Of a stretch of 64,000 nt of DNA, positions 37,692-46,569 are shown piece after piece. Position numbers and translations under genes: made by a program. The stretch lies in contig CALIOA010000068.1 in the NCBI GenBank assembly GCA_938045065.1, positions 77,495 through 141,494 of the forward strand. The letters run 5' to 3'. The notes below the pieces were generated by a model that saw only the letters and a program-made list of their open reading frames with translations, did not search any database and was not told where the DNA came from. This DNA is from an uncultured Collinsella sp. (GTDB lineage Bacteria; Actinomycetota; Coriobacteriia; Coriobacteriales; Coriobacteriaceae). How positions within the stretch are numbered: position 1 is the stretch's first letter; the number at the start of each line of letters is the position of its first letter.

Positions 37692-40133
37692 CTACCCCAG
37701 CGAGCGGTTGAGGGAGCCGAGCTCGTCGTTGCCCATGGTGCGCCACATTTGGAAGATGCAACCGCGTGCCAGGAAAAAGAAGCCGTTGTCGACCAGTTGC
37801 ACAGCGGCATCTGCCAGCTGATTCGTCACGGCGGACACTGGCGGCAGCTCGAGTCCAGCCTTGCGGATGGTCTCGACCGCTTCCTCGAACGTCGGAGGCT
37901 CGCTAACGCCCATCTCGTTCATAAGGCCCTGCATTTCTTCCAGCGCGCTACTGCCCGACTCCTCGCCGCGCGGCACGAGACGGTAACAAGCCAGCGCCAG
38001 GTCGAGCTGATCGCAATTCCAATAGGCAAACGCCAAGCGATAGAACAGGTAGCCGATTGCAGAACGATCGCTGGCAATACGTAGGCCGTGGCGCGCCACC
38101 TCGATAATCTCGTCAAAGCGCTCCAGACGCGCAAGCACGTTGATGAGCGCAAAGTGCGATTGCATGGACGAGCGCGCCAGATCGTAAAGATGGCGCACCT
38201 CGGGCAGCGCTCGTTCAAAGTCCTCTTGCTCGGCGTAAAAGCTGCAGATCTCGTGCTGGGCAAAGTACAGCGCATCGGGCGCACGGAGGATTCGCACAGA
38301 GCGATCTTCTTCCAACACCGGTAGCACCATGCGCACCAGCTGGTTGTCACAAAACTGCGTTTGAACCGGACCTGTCGCCAAAAGCTCGGCGACGGCGCAC
38401 TTAGCCTCCAACTCCTCGACAAGACGGGAAAAGCCTTCAAAGGCACCTGTACGGTCGACTTTTGCCTGCTCGCGCAATTCAACAACGCGGGCCACGTATG
38501 GGTCGTCGTCCTCTTCCATGACCTCCAACTCGTCAGCCGTATCGGCAAGCAGCAGATCGCGCAGCGCCGGCGGCAGTGTGCGATGGTCATCACGCGGACG
38601 AGCATGAACCTCCGCAGGCTCAATCGTCTCCGGAGCGGTTGACTCATACGCCTCAAGCACACGCTTGCACGGCATATCGTCCATGTCCATGCTCTCAAGA
38701 TCCTTGGCGACAGGCACGCAATCGGCCAGATAGGCCGCGCGCCCAAAGAAATACGTTGCGACAACGCGCTCGCCCTGCTCACTGTCGGGAGCAGCAATCT
38801 GCACATAGCAGCGCGTGATGCAGGTGCCCGCGGCAAAACACGCTGCCGCAAGCGTAAGTGCCACGCGCGCATCGTGCTCCGCGGCCCAGACCGCGCGCAT
38901 GTCCTCGTCCAGCTCGCGCCAGGCGTCATCCTGAGCGTCGTATTCACGTTGCGGCATGGCATCAACGACAGACTGCCCAAACCGAACGAGCATAATCCCC
39001 TCGGCAACGTTTGCCCGATAGGTATAGTCGAGCCGCGTGACCACGTTGAGCGCCTCAACGATTCGCGCAAAACGGGTGCGCACGTCCCACTCGCCGCCCG
39101 GCTGGCAAGCCACCGTACCCGGCTTGCCCCACGGGTTATCGCTCGAAGCCGTATCGAGCAGTCGGGGAACATCGTTGGTCGTCTTGGCGATATGCCACGC
39201 ATCAAAGAGCGCGCAGCCCTCAAGGCTCGGCGAGGATGCCGCAGGGACCAATCCGGCCCCGATGCGCTCAAGGATGCCGGAGAGGCGGTTGAGACGGCAC
39301 TCGATGGCAAGCAGCATGTCAATCTCGTCCTGGTCCAACAGGCTACGATCAAAATTGAGATAGAAAATCTTTGAGCGATCAATGCGAGCCAGGCTCATCT
39401 CGGACTTGGCAGCGATGGTGCGCAGGCGGGGCAAGTCAATTTCGCTCATAAGGGCGGCGGCATAGCGCTCGATACCGCTCGGATTCTCGGCATGGTCAAC
39501 GCGGTAGAGCAGCGTCTCGATAGCATCGGGGAGCGGTGCCGTGTTAAAGCCCAAAAACACCTCGACCGGCTCGGGCAACTTTACGAGCTTGATCTTGTCG
39601 ACAACGTTTTGCATACCCTCGTCGAGTCCGCCGGCGTCCGCCGTGTTCACAATAGCGCTTTCGGAGTTGGCAAATATCACGTAGCGCAAGAACATCGAGG
39701 CCATGAACTCACCGTAAGGAAGGGCGCGGGTCGAATTCCATGTCTCGTGGTCGGACTGCTCGCGCATGGGGCCTTCGGGAGAGCCGGCAGTTTGCGCACA
39801 CGCGCGCATTGCACCGTTGGCTTTCCTTACCATAATCTCACCAATACTGGAATCCGACTCGTCAAGGACCAGTTCCATGTCGGGATCGTTGGGCAGCGGA
39901 GCCTCGCTGACGGGGCGGTCCACCTTGTACACCTCACCCGAAACGCTTACGTAGCCCAAAAGCGACACATGACTTTTGCCAACGAACTCGACGACATAAC
40001 AAGATTCATGCTGATCCTCGCCAAAGAGTTTCCAGACCACGCCATATGAGCGTCCCGCAGGCTGCTCGGGCATCGCCGGAAAGCGCTTCTTGGGATCGAG
40101 AAACCTGAGCTTGTATGTCGGACGCTCTGCCAC
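37692..40133 (-). CDS. hypothetical protein, 813 aa, no recognisable catalytic motif; C-terminal region TPR/helical-repeat-like
   Basis: Long ORF with GC3-biased codon usage and no P-loop or other motif that I recognise; flanked by tRNA-Ser and the tRNA-Arg cluster. Confidence 0.7.
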   Translation of the reverse strand: MAERPTYKLRFLDPKKRFPAMPEQPAGRSYGVVWKLFGEDQHESCYVVEFVGKSHVSLLGYVSVSGEVYKVDRPVSEAPLPNDPDMELVLDESDSSIGEIMVRKANGAMRACAQTAGSPEGPMREQSDHETWNSTRALPYGEFMASMFLRYVIFANSESAIVNTADAGGLDEGMQNVVDKIKLVKLPEPVEVFLGFNTAPLPDAIETLLYRVDHAENPSGIERYAAALMSEIDLPRLRTIAAKSEMSLARIDRSKIFYLNFDRSLLDQDEIDMLLAIECRLNRLSGILERIGAGLVPAASSPSLEGCALFDAWHIAKTTNDVPRLLDTASSDNPWGKPGTVACQPGGEWDVRTRFARIVEALNVVTRLDYTYRANVAEGIMLVRFGQSVVDAMPQREYDAQDDAWRELDEDMRAVWAAEHDARVALTLAAACFAAGTCITRCYVQIAAPDSEQGERVVATYFFGRAAYLADCVPVAKDLESMDMDDMPCKRVLEAYESTAPETIEPAEVHARPRDDHRTLPPALRDLLLADTADELEVMEEDDDPYVARVVELREQAKVDRTGAFEGFSRLVEELEAKCAVAELLATGPVQTQFCDNQLVRMVLPVLEEDRSVRILRAPDALYFAQHEICSFYAEQEDFERALPEVRHLYDLARSSMQSHFALINVLARLERFDEIIEVARHGLRIASDRSAIGYLFYRLAFAYWNCDQLDLALACYRLVPRGEESGSSALEEMQGLMNEMGVSEPPTFEEAVETIRKAGLELPPVSAVTNQLADAAVQLVDNGFFFLARGCIFQMWRTMGNDELGSLNRSLG

Positions 40134-40236
40134 GAAATATCACCCTGATCGGTCGTCTAGAGAAGGAGCGGTCGCGGATAGGCCGCGATACCTACTCGGA
40201 ATCTTACACGAGTCGATAAGAAATCGTCCGCTTCAC

Positions 40237-40270
40237 GCCCGCGCCTCGACCGAGGTTCGAATCCATGCAG
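40237..40270 (-). repeat. terminal fragment of the tRNA-associated repeat element (Arg locus)
   Basis: GCCCGCGCCTCGACCGAGGTTCGAATCCATGCAG is identical to the end of the full Arg copies. Confidence 0.4.
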
Positions 40271-40318
40271 TGCTTACGTAAAAGAAAAGCCCCCGTTGCC
40301 GGGAGCTTTAATCTCAAA

Positions 40319-40460
40319 TGGTGCGGCGTATAGGATTCCGCGCATCCGCTGCGCGGATCCGCACCGGCTTCGCCCGCCTGCCGGCGTGCTCGCCCGCTCG
40401 CTAAAAACGCTCCGCGTTTTCTTGGCGCTCGCGCCTCGACCGAGGTTCGAATCCATGCAG
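40319..40460 (-). repeat. tRNA-associated structured repeat element (Arg-locus copy 1)
   Basis: Begins with TGGTGCGGCGTATAGGATT, a 19-nt duplicate of the tRNA-Arg 3' end. The core carries hairpins GGATTCCGCGC..GCGCGGATCC, CCGGC..GCCGG and AAAACGCTCCGCGTTTT, and it ends with GGTTCGAATCCATGCAG. Confidence 0.7.
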
Positions 40461-40469
40461 CGGCGACAT

Positions 40470-40497
40470 AAAAGAAAAGCCCCCGTTGCCGGAGGCT
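40470..40497 (-). terminator. intrinsic terminator after tRNA-Arg; the same hairpin recurs after every element copy
   Basis: AGCCTCCGGCAACGGGGGCT hairpin followed by TTTCTTTT on the minus strand. Confidence 0.6.
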
Positions 40498-40508
40498 TCA
40501 AGTTCAAT

Positions 40509-40585
40509 TGGTGCGGCGTATAGGATTCGAACCTATGACGTTCTGATTCGTAGTCAGACCCTCTATCCAGCTGAGGTAACGCCGC
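40509..40585 (-). tRNA. tRNA-Arg (anticodon ACG), CCA encoded
   Basis: GCGGCGT acceptor, anticodon loop CTACGAA and T-arm ATAGGTTCGAATCCTAT; own promoter TTGACC-17-CATAAT upstream. Confidence 0.9.
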
Positions 40586-40743
40586 AACTTGTTGATTATT
40601 ATGCACATGGACTGAATAATGGTCAAGCGTTTTTTCAAAAAAAGTTATCGAATTTGATTTTTACTCATTTGGAGGGCTTGGCACGATCTTCGGTGCATCG
40701 CGATATAAGAAAAGCCCCCGTTTCCGGAGGCTTTAAATTCAAT

Positions 40744-40888
40744 TGGTGCGGCGTATAGGATTCCGCGCATCCGCTGCGCGGATCCGCACCGGCTTCGCCC
40801 GCCTGCCGGCGGACTCGCCCGCTCGCTAAAAACGCTCCGCGTTTTCTTGACGCTCGCGCCTCGAACGAGGTTCGAATCTCCGCAATGC
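40744..40888 (-). repeat. tRNA-associated structured repeat element (Arg-locus copy 2)
   Basis: Same architecture as copy 1, with a slightly diverged right end (CGAACGAGGTTCGAATCTCCGCAATGCC). Confidence 0.7.
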
Positions 40889-40933
40889 CCCCGTAAAGGA
40901 AAAGCCCCCGTTTCCGGAGGCTAAAAACCCAAT

Positions 40934-41010
40934 TGGTGCGGCGTATAGGATTCGAACCTATGACGTTCTGATTCGTAGTCAGACCCTCTATCCAGCTGAG
41001 GTAACGCCGC
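40934..41010 (-). tRNA. tRNA-Arg (anticodon ACG), second copy
   Basis: Identical sequence to the copy at 40509-40585; own TTGACC-17-CATAAT promoter. Confidence 0.9.
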
Positions 41011-41100
41011 AACGCACGGATTATTATGCACGCGAGCCCCCGATGGGTCAAGCGACAATTTGGAAAATTTTTACGAAGCGCTGATTAAGTTGTCATGCTG

Positions 41101-41212
41101 ATCCGCACCGGCTTCGCCCGCCTGCCGGCGCGCTCGCCCGCGGGCTAAAATCGCTCCGCGCTTTCTTGACGCCCGCGCCTCGACCGAGGTTCGAATCCAT
41201 GCGGCGTCCGCC
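41101..41212 (-). repeat. tRNA-associated repeat element, 5'-truncated copy (lacks the tRNA 3'-end duplicate)
   Basis: Starts within the core at ATCCGCACCGGCTTCGCCCGCC; the rest is identical to the following full copy. Confidence 0.6.
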
Positions 41213-41252
41213 TAAAAGAAAAGCCCCCGTTGCCGGAGGCTTTAAGTTCGAT

Positions 41253-41402
41253 TGGTGCGGCGTATAGGATTCCGCGCATCCGCTTCGCGGATCCGCACCG
41301 GCTTCGCCCGCCTGCCGGCGCGCTCGCCCGCGGGCTAAAATCGCTCCGCGCTTTCTTGACGCCCGCGCCTCGACCGAGGTTCGAATCCATGCGGCGTCCG
41401 CC
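41253..41402 (-). repeat. tRNA-associated structured repeat element (Arg-locus copy 4)
   Basis: Full copy, bounded by terminators at 41213-41250 and 41403-41440. Confidence 0.7.
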
Positions 41403-41442
41403 TAAAAGAAAAGCCCCCGTTGCCGGAGGCTTTAAGTTCGAT

Positions 41443-41519
41443 TGGTGCGGCGTATAGGATTCGAACCTATGACGTTCTGATTCGTAGTCAGACCCTCTAT
41501 CCAGCTGAGGTAACGCCGC
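41443..41519 (-). tRNA. tRNA-Arg (anticodon ACG), third copy
   Basis: Identical sequence to the other two Arg copies. Confidence 0.9.
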
Positions 41520-41599
41520 AGCGCAAGACATATAAAACCACTTTAGTTCGTTAGAGTCAAGCAAAATCTCAAACTTTTTTTCGCGCGAGCCACAATTTG

Positions 41600-41980
41600 T
41601 TACGCTGTGCCACGAGCATCAGCGCTTTTCGTGCGATCGATTGGCTTTTCGATCACATCGAACCCGGCGCCAAGCTCCCCCAGAAGCGACCGCACCCGTT
41701 GGGCGCAGTCGTAGTCGGCAAACGAGATGCTCAGCATTCGGGCCACCTGATTAGAAGTTCCAACGCCATAGAAGTGCTCAAGGACAACAAGCCCCTCATG
41801 CGCAACAAACGTCTCGACCACATGCGGCGACTCCTCATAGCACCATTGCGTCAATGGTCCCTCACTCGTCTGCCGAACCACCAAGCCACCCATACCCGAC
41901 GGCTCGCACGTTACCAGCAGGTGCTCCCCGCCCTCATCGCTCTGGAACAAAACAACCCGCTCGTCGAACAGCTCCATCAC
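41600..41980 (-). CDS. hypothetical protein (126 aa)
   Basis: ORF with a GC3-biased codon pattern; no family recognised. Confidence 0.5.
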   Translation of the reverse strand: MMELFDERVVLFQSDEGGEHLLVTCEPSGMGGLVVRQTSEGPLTQWCYEESPHVVETFVAHEGLVVLEHFYGVGTSNQVARMLSISFADYDCAQRVRSLLGELGAGFDVIEKPIDRTKSADARGTA

Positions 41981-42148
41981 ATCCCCTTTCTCTTGCTCTT
42001 AGTCAACAAAAGCATAGCAGGTAAATGCATGTATACAGAACGTTTGTTCGTGTGTTTTCTATCGAGCTGTCCGCACGGCATGGTATAGCCGCACACAAAA
42101 AGGGCGCCCCTAAAAGGAGCGCCCTCGCAAATCGCCTATGCAGCTAGT

Positions 42149-43432
42149 TTACGCGACCGGCTCGATCTTCTCGAGGCCGCCCATGTAGGGACGCAGAACC
42201 TCGGGGATCGTGATGGTGCCGTCGGCGTTCTGGTAGTTCTCTAGAATGGCAGCCATGGTACGACCAGCCGGCAGGCCGGAACCGTTAAGGGTGTGCAGGT
42301 AGCGCGAGCCCTTGAAGTTCTCGGGGTCGCGATACTTGATGTTGGCGCGACGGGCCTGGAAGTCGCCGCAATTGGAGCAGGAGCTGATCTCCTTGTAGGC
42401 GTTGTAGCTCGGCAGCCAAACCTCGATGTCGTAGGTCTGACGGGCAGAGAAGCCCAGGTCGCCGGTGCACAGGCTAATCACGCGATACGGCAGGCCCAGC
42501 TGCTGCAGCAGGTACTCGGCCTCGGCGGTCATGCTCTCGAGCTCCTCGTCGGACTCCTCCGGCTTGGCAAACTTGACCATCTCGACTTTGTCGAACTCGT
42601 GCTGGCGAATGATGCCGCGGGTGTCGCGACCGGCGGAACCGGCCTCCTCGCGGAAGCAGGGGGTGAAGGCAGTGTAGCGGCGAGGCAGAGTGTCGGCGTC
42701 CAGAACCTCACCGGCATGCAGGTTAGTCAGTACGACCTCGGCAGTAGGGATCAGGAAGTTGTCGCCCGAGACGTGATAGGCGTCGTCCTCGAACTTGGGC
42801 AGCTGGCCCGTGCCGAACATGGTCTGACGCTTGACGACGATGGGCGGCCACCACTCCTTGAAGCCACGGCTCGTGTGCGTGTCCAGGAAGAAGTTGATAA
42901 GGGCGCGCTCAAGGCGGGCGCCGGCGCCACCGAGAACGGTGAAGCGGCTGCCGGAGAGCTTGTTGCCACGCTCGAAGTCGAGGATGTCCAGATCGGTGCC
43001 CAGATCCCAGTGGGGCTTAAAGTCGAAGTCGAACTCGCGCGGGGTGCCCCAGCGGCGACGCTCGATGTTCTCGTCCTCGTCCTTACCGTACGGGGTAGCC
43101 TCGCACGGAATGTTGGGCAGGTGAGACATGAAGTCGTACTGCTCCTGCTCAAGAGCGGTACGGCGCTCGGACAGACCGTCGATCTTCTCGTTGACGGCGC
43201 GCACGGCCTCCTTGGCGGCCTCGGCCTCGTCCTTCTTGCCCTCCTTCATCAGGGCGCCAATCTTCTTGGACTCGGCGTTACGCGTGGCCTGGAGCTCCTC
43301 GACCTCGGTGATGACGGCACGGCGCTCGTCGTCGAGTTCAAAGAACTTCTCGCGATCCCAAGACGTCTGGCGATTTGCCATGGCGGTATCGATGGCATCG
43401 GGGTTCTCGCGAACAAACTTGATATCAAGCAT
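42149..43432 (-). CDS. serS: serine--tRNA ligase
   Basis: N-terminal coiled-coil tRNA-binding arm and class II catalytic core; start trimmed to [10 protein letters not shown]. Confidence 0.95.
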   Translation of the reverse strand: MLDIKFVRENPDAIDTAMANRQTSWDREKFFELDDERRAVITEVEELQATRNAESKKIGALMKEGKKDEAEAAKEAVRAVNEKIDGLSERRTALEQEQYDFMSHLPNIPCEATPYGKDEDENIERRRWGTPREFDFDFKPHWDLGTDLDILDFERGNKLSGSRFTVLGGAGARLERALINFFLDTHTSRGFKEWWPPIVVKRQTMFGTGQLPKFEDDAYHVSGDNFLIPTAEVVLTNLHAGEVLDADTLPRRYTAFTPCFREEAGSAGRDTRGIIRQHEFDKVEMVKFAKPEESDEELESMTAEAEYLLQQLGLPYRVISLCTGDLGFSARQTYDIEVWLPSYNAYKEISSCSNCGDFQARRANIKYRDPENFKGSRYLHTLNGSGLPAGRTMAAILENYQNADGTITIPEVLRPYMGGLEKIEPVA

Positions 43433-43543
43433 AAGATCCTCCGGCGATATACATTCCATTTAGGTTGCAACCTTGTACATGTATGGGCAAGTATATACTT
43501 ATGAGCGTTTACGACCCAACCCAACTACGCAAGAAGGCACCCA

Positions 43544-43717
43544 ATGGACGCAGTTTTTTCCTTTTTGTTTGGCACCCGCACCGGTTTTGCCATCCTTTTC
43601 GCCGGTGGCATCCTGCTATTTGCGATTCTTGCCTTTGTGATGGAGAAGCGCACCCATAAGATGTATGTCGACCGCGGCCCCAAGTCCGAGGACGAAGAAG
43701 ACAGCTTCTGGGACTAA
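43544..43717 (+). CDS. possible small membrane protein (57 aa)
   Basis: MDAVFSFLFGTRTGFAILFAGGILLFAILAFVMEKRTHK..; one TM helix; followed by a strong terminator. Below the ORF-track size cutoff; speculative. Confidence 0.3.
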   Translation: MDAVFSFLFGTRTGFAILFAGGILLFAILAFVMEKRTHKMYVDRGPKSEDEEDSFWD

Positions 43718-43728
43718 CCTGCCAAAAA

Positions 43729-43861
43729 GGGACAGGTTTATTTTGGTCGGTTTTATCTGGGCAAACGCAAGCGCCCCGCAACTGGAATTGAGCCAGTTGC
43801 GGGGCGCTTTTTGCTCAAGGTACAAAACCGCAGGAAAACCCTGCCAAAATAAACCTGTCCC
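43729..43861. terminator. bidirectional terminator: inner 16-bp stem plus TTTTT (plus strand), outer 18-bp stem plus TTTTT (minus strand, proC)
   Basis: AGCGCCCCGCAACTGG-AATTGAG-CCAGTTGCGGGGCGCT TTTTT; the outer GGGACAGGTTTATTTTGG/CCAAAATAAACCTGTCCC pair is followed by TTTTT on the minus strand. Confidence 0.6.
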
Positions 43862-43873
43862 TTATTGGCCAGT

Positions 43874-44644
43874 TTACTGGAGAGTAGCGTCGATGGCCTT
43901 GACGAGGGCGCTGCGCATGCCGGCGTCCTCGAGCGCGACGACGCCCTTGATGGTAGCACCGCCGGGCGAGCACACGGCATCCTTCATCGCTGCGGGATGC
44001 TGACCGGTTGCAAGCTGCAGCTTTGCCGTACCCAGCACCATCTGGCTCACAATGCGATAGGCATCGGCGCGCGGAATACCGTGTTTGACGGCCGCATCGC
44101 CCAGAGCCTCGATCGCCATGGCGACAAACGCCGGAGCGCAACCACCCACCGTGCCGCCCACGAACAGCAGGCTCGTATCGAGCTCGACCACCGTACCGAG
44201 CTTGCCAAGCAGATCAAGCACCACGGCGCTCTGCTCATCACTAAGCGTGGAAGCCTTCTCGCAAGCGATGACGCCCTCGCCCACCGAAACCGGTGTGTTG
44301 GGCACCGTCGAGATATGCGCGACGCCCGGCAGGACCTGCTCCCACTTGGCACTGTCCCAGGTCCAGGCAACCGACAGAACGACCTTTTTGGCAAGAGCAT
44401 CCTTGAGCGGGGCGAATACCTTCTCGACCATGTACGGTTTGACCGCAGCGACCACGATATCGGATGCGGCGACAACCTCGGCGGCATCGTGGCAAGCGGC
44501 CATCCCACGCGCCTCACAGCGCTCAACCAGTGCGTCGTAGCGACCCGCACAGGCGCACATGTCGCTCGCAGCTACACCGGCAGCGATCCAGCCATCGGCC
44601 ATGGCGCTCGCCATATTGCCAAAACCGACAAATCCAATCTTCAT
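43874..44644 (-). CDS. proC: pyrroline-5-carboxylate reductase
   Basis: N-terminal Rossmann motif GFVGFGNMA and a P5CR dimerisation domain. Confidence 0.9.
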   Translation of the reverse strand: MKIGFVGFGNMASAMADGWIAAGVAASDMCACAGRYDALVERCEARGMAACHDAAEVVAASDIVVAAVKPYMVEKVFAPLKDALAKKVVLSVAWTWDSAKWEQVLPGVAHISTVPNTPVSVGEGVIACEKASTLSDEQSAVVLDLLGKLGTVVELDTSLLFVGGTVGGCAPAFVAMAIEALGDAAVKHGIPRADAYRIVSQMVLGTAKLQLATGQHPAAMKDAVCSPGGATIKGVVALEDAGMRSALVKAIDATLQ

Positions 44645-44717
44645 ATCACATAGTCCTTTCAGACACATTCCTCAAAACGAAAGGTATTGTCCCACGCCAT
44701 TGTTTCGTATTGCCGAC

Positions 44718-45188
44718 CTATTTGTGATACGGCTCGCCACGGCTGATCTTGCAGGCACGGTAAATCTGCTCTAGCAGCACCACACGCGCCAGGTTATGCG
44801 GCAAGGTAATGCGTCCAAAGCTGAGCATCTCGTCGGCGCGGGCGCGCACCTCATCACTCACGCCGTCCGAACCGCCGATTACAAAGGCAATGTCGCTGCT
44901 GCCTCGCAGCATAAGATCGTCGAGCCGCACCGAGAGCTCCTCACTCGAACGCTCCTTGCCCTCGATAGCCAGCAGGATCACATGCGCCCGAGACGGCAAT
45001 GCAGCAAGAATTGCCGCCCCCTCCTTGTCGCGCGCGGCATCCACGCCGCCCGCCTTAGCCGGGTCGATATCGGCCACCTCGCGGATATCAACCTTGGCAT
45101 AGGCACCTAGGCGCTTGGTGTACTCAGCGCAGGCCTCCTTCCAAAAGCGCTCTTTGAGCTTGCCAACACAAACGACGGTGTATTTCAC
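44718..45188 (-). CDS. rlmH: 23S rRNA (pseudouridine1915-N3)-methyltransferase
   Basis: SPOUT family, 156 aa, YbeA/RlmH-like. Confidence 0.9.
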   Translation of the reverse strand: MKYTVVCVGKLKERFWKEACAEYTKRLGAYAKVDIREVADIDPAKAGGVDAARDKEGAAILAALPSRAHVILLAIEGKERSSEELSVRLDDLMLRGSSDIAFVIGGSDGVSDEVRARADEMLSFGRITLPHNLARVVLLEQIYRACKISRGEPYHK

Positions 45189-45194
45189 GCGTGT

Positions 45195-46133
45195 CTACTC
45201 CTTTGACTCGTTCTGAACCTTACCGGCAGCCAGCATCTGCTCGAACATAGAGGCCGACTGCGAAAAGTCGCTCGGCAGCACGACCGTCGAGGTTTTACCC
45301 GTGCGAGCGAACTCCGTCATCATCTCGGACCACTGCGTAAACATGAACAGTTGGTTGGCCTCGTCATTGCCGACACCCGTCTCCTGGATGATCTCGAGCG
45401 AATCTTTGATACCCAGCGCAATGGCCTTGCGCTGGTTGGCGATGCCCTCGCCCGCCTTTTCCATAGCCTCGGCCTCGGCGGTCGCCTCGGTGACGCGCTT
45501 GATACGGTCGGCCTCGGCGAGCTCCTGTGCCGCAGCGCGCTTGCGCTGGGCGGCGTTGATGTCGTTCATGGAGTTCTCAACCTCGGTCGGCAGTGCGATT
45601 TTGGTGATGAGCGTCGACACGAGGGTGAAGCCGTAGGCGGCCATCTGCTCGGAAACGGTAGCGTTGACATCCTTGGCGATGTCATCCTTCTTGGCAAAGA
45701 CCTCATCGAGTGTGTAGACGGGAATCGAAGAGCGCAGGGCGTCGGTGATGAAGTCACGCATCTGGTCGACGGGCTCCTGCAGCATGTAGTAGCTCTTGTA
45801 GATACCCGAATCTGCCGGGCCGGCGCCCATGTCATAGCTCACGTGGTACTGAGCAGAGACCTCAAGGCCGATGGTCACGTTGTCCTGGGTCTTAACGTCG
45901 ATGCCAAAACCGTTTTTCATGGTGCGCAGGCTCACCGTGGCGGCCTTGCGGTCAATCACGGGCACCTTCATGTGGAAGCCCGCGTTGACGATGCGGTTAA
46001 ACTTGCCCAGGCGCTCGATGATCACGGCATGCTGTTGTTCAACGACATAGCAGGCGTTGGGAAGCAGTAGCAACAGAATGATGATGGGAATCAAAAGGCT
46101 GGTAAGGGCGGCGATGATACCGGACAACAGCAT
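45195..46133 (-). CDS. SPFH/band-7 (stomatin/prohibitin-like) membrane protein
   Basis: N-terminal TM segment, SPFH domain and C-terminal coiled-coil. Confidence 0.85.
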   Translation of the reverse strand: MLLSGIIAALTSLLIPIIILLLLLPNACYVVEQQHAVIIERLGKFNRIVNAGFHMKVPVIDRKAATVSLRTMKNGFGIDVKTQDNVTIGLEVSAQYHVSYDMGAGPADSGIYKSYYMLQEPVDQMRDFITDALRSSIPVYTLDEVFAKKDDIAKDVNATVSEQMAAYGFTLVSTLITKIALPTEVENSMNDINAAQRKRAAAQELAEADRIKRVTEATAEAEAMEKAGEGIANQRKAIALGIKDSLEIIQETGVGNDEANQLFMFTQWSEMMTEFARTGKTSTVVLPSDFSQSASMFEQMLAAGKVQNESKE

Positions 46134-46249
46134 GGTCTCTCCTCTGATAGGCACACGTTGGCACTAGGATACCCGCACGAAGCAGCAACGTGACATCAAC
46201 AAGAGACCCATAACAAAAAAGCTCCCATCGCTGGGAGCCCTTTCATTCA

Positions 46250-46399
46250 ATGGTGCGGGCGAAAGGACGTCCGCGTATCCGCTTCGCGGATCCGCACCGG
46301 CTTCGGCCGCCTGCCGGCGTCCTCGCCAGCTCGCTAAAAACGCTCCGCGTTTTCTTTACGCTCGCTCCTTCACAGGTTCAAGTCCCTGCGATGGGCCCA
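46250..46399 (-). repeat. tRNA-associated structured repeat element (Leu-locus copy)
   Basis: Begins with TGGTGCGGGCGAAAGGAC, an 18-nt duplicate of the tRNA-Leu 3' end. The core is ~90% identical to the Arg copies (ATCCGCTTCGCGGATCCGCACCGGCTTCG..GCTCGCTAAAAACGCTCCGCGTTTTCTT). It ends with CAGGTTCAAGTCCCTG, a T-arm matching the tRNA-Leu T-loop. Confidence 0.7.
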
Positions 46400-46438
46400 T
46401 AACAAAAAAGCTCCCATTACTGGAAGCTCTTTCATTTA

Positions 46439-46525
46439 ATGGTGCGGGCGAAAGGACTTGAACCTTCATGGGGTTGCCCCCATACGGACCTGAACCGTAC
46501 GCGTCTGCCAATTCCGCCACGCCCG
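46439..46525 (-). tRNA. tRNA-Leu (anticodon CAG), CCA encoded
   Basis: GCGGGCG acceptor, anticodon loop TTCAGGT, long variable arm and T-arm AAGGTTCAAGTCCTT; 87 nt. Confidence 0.9.
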
Positions 46526-46569
46526 CGTGCAGGAATTAGAATAACGGAGCGCCACCACGAACGCAAGAA

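Noticed and set aside
40319-40460. Interpreting the tRNA-adjacent elements as additional tRNA genes or pseudo-tRNAs
   Set aside because: Only the last ~14-20 nt match a tRNA. There is no D-arm or anticodon arm. The TTCGAA T-loop-like motif is itself palindromic and appears in inverted context at the other end.
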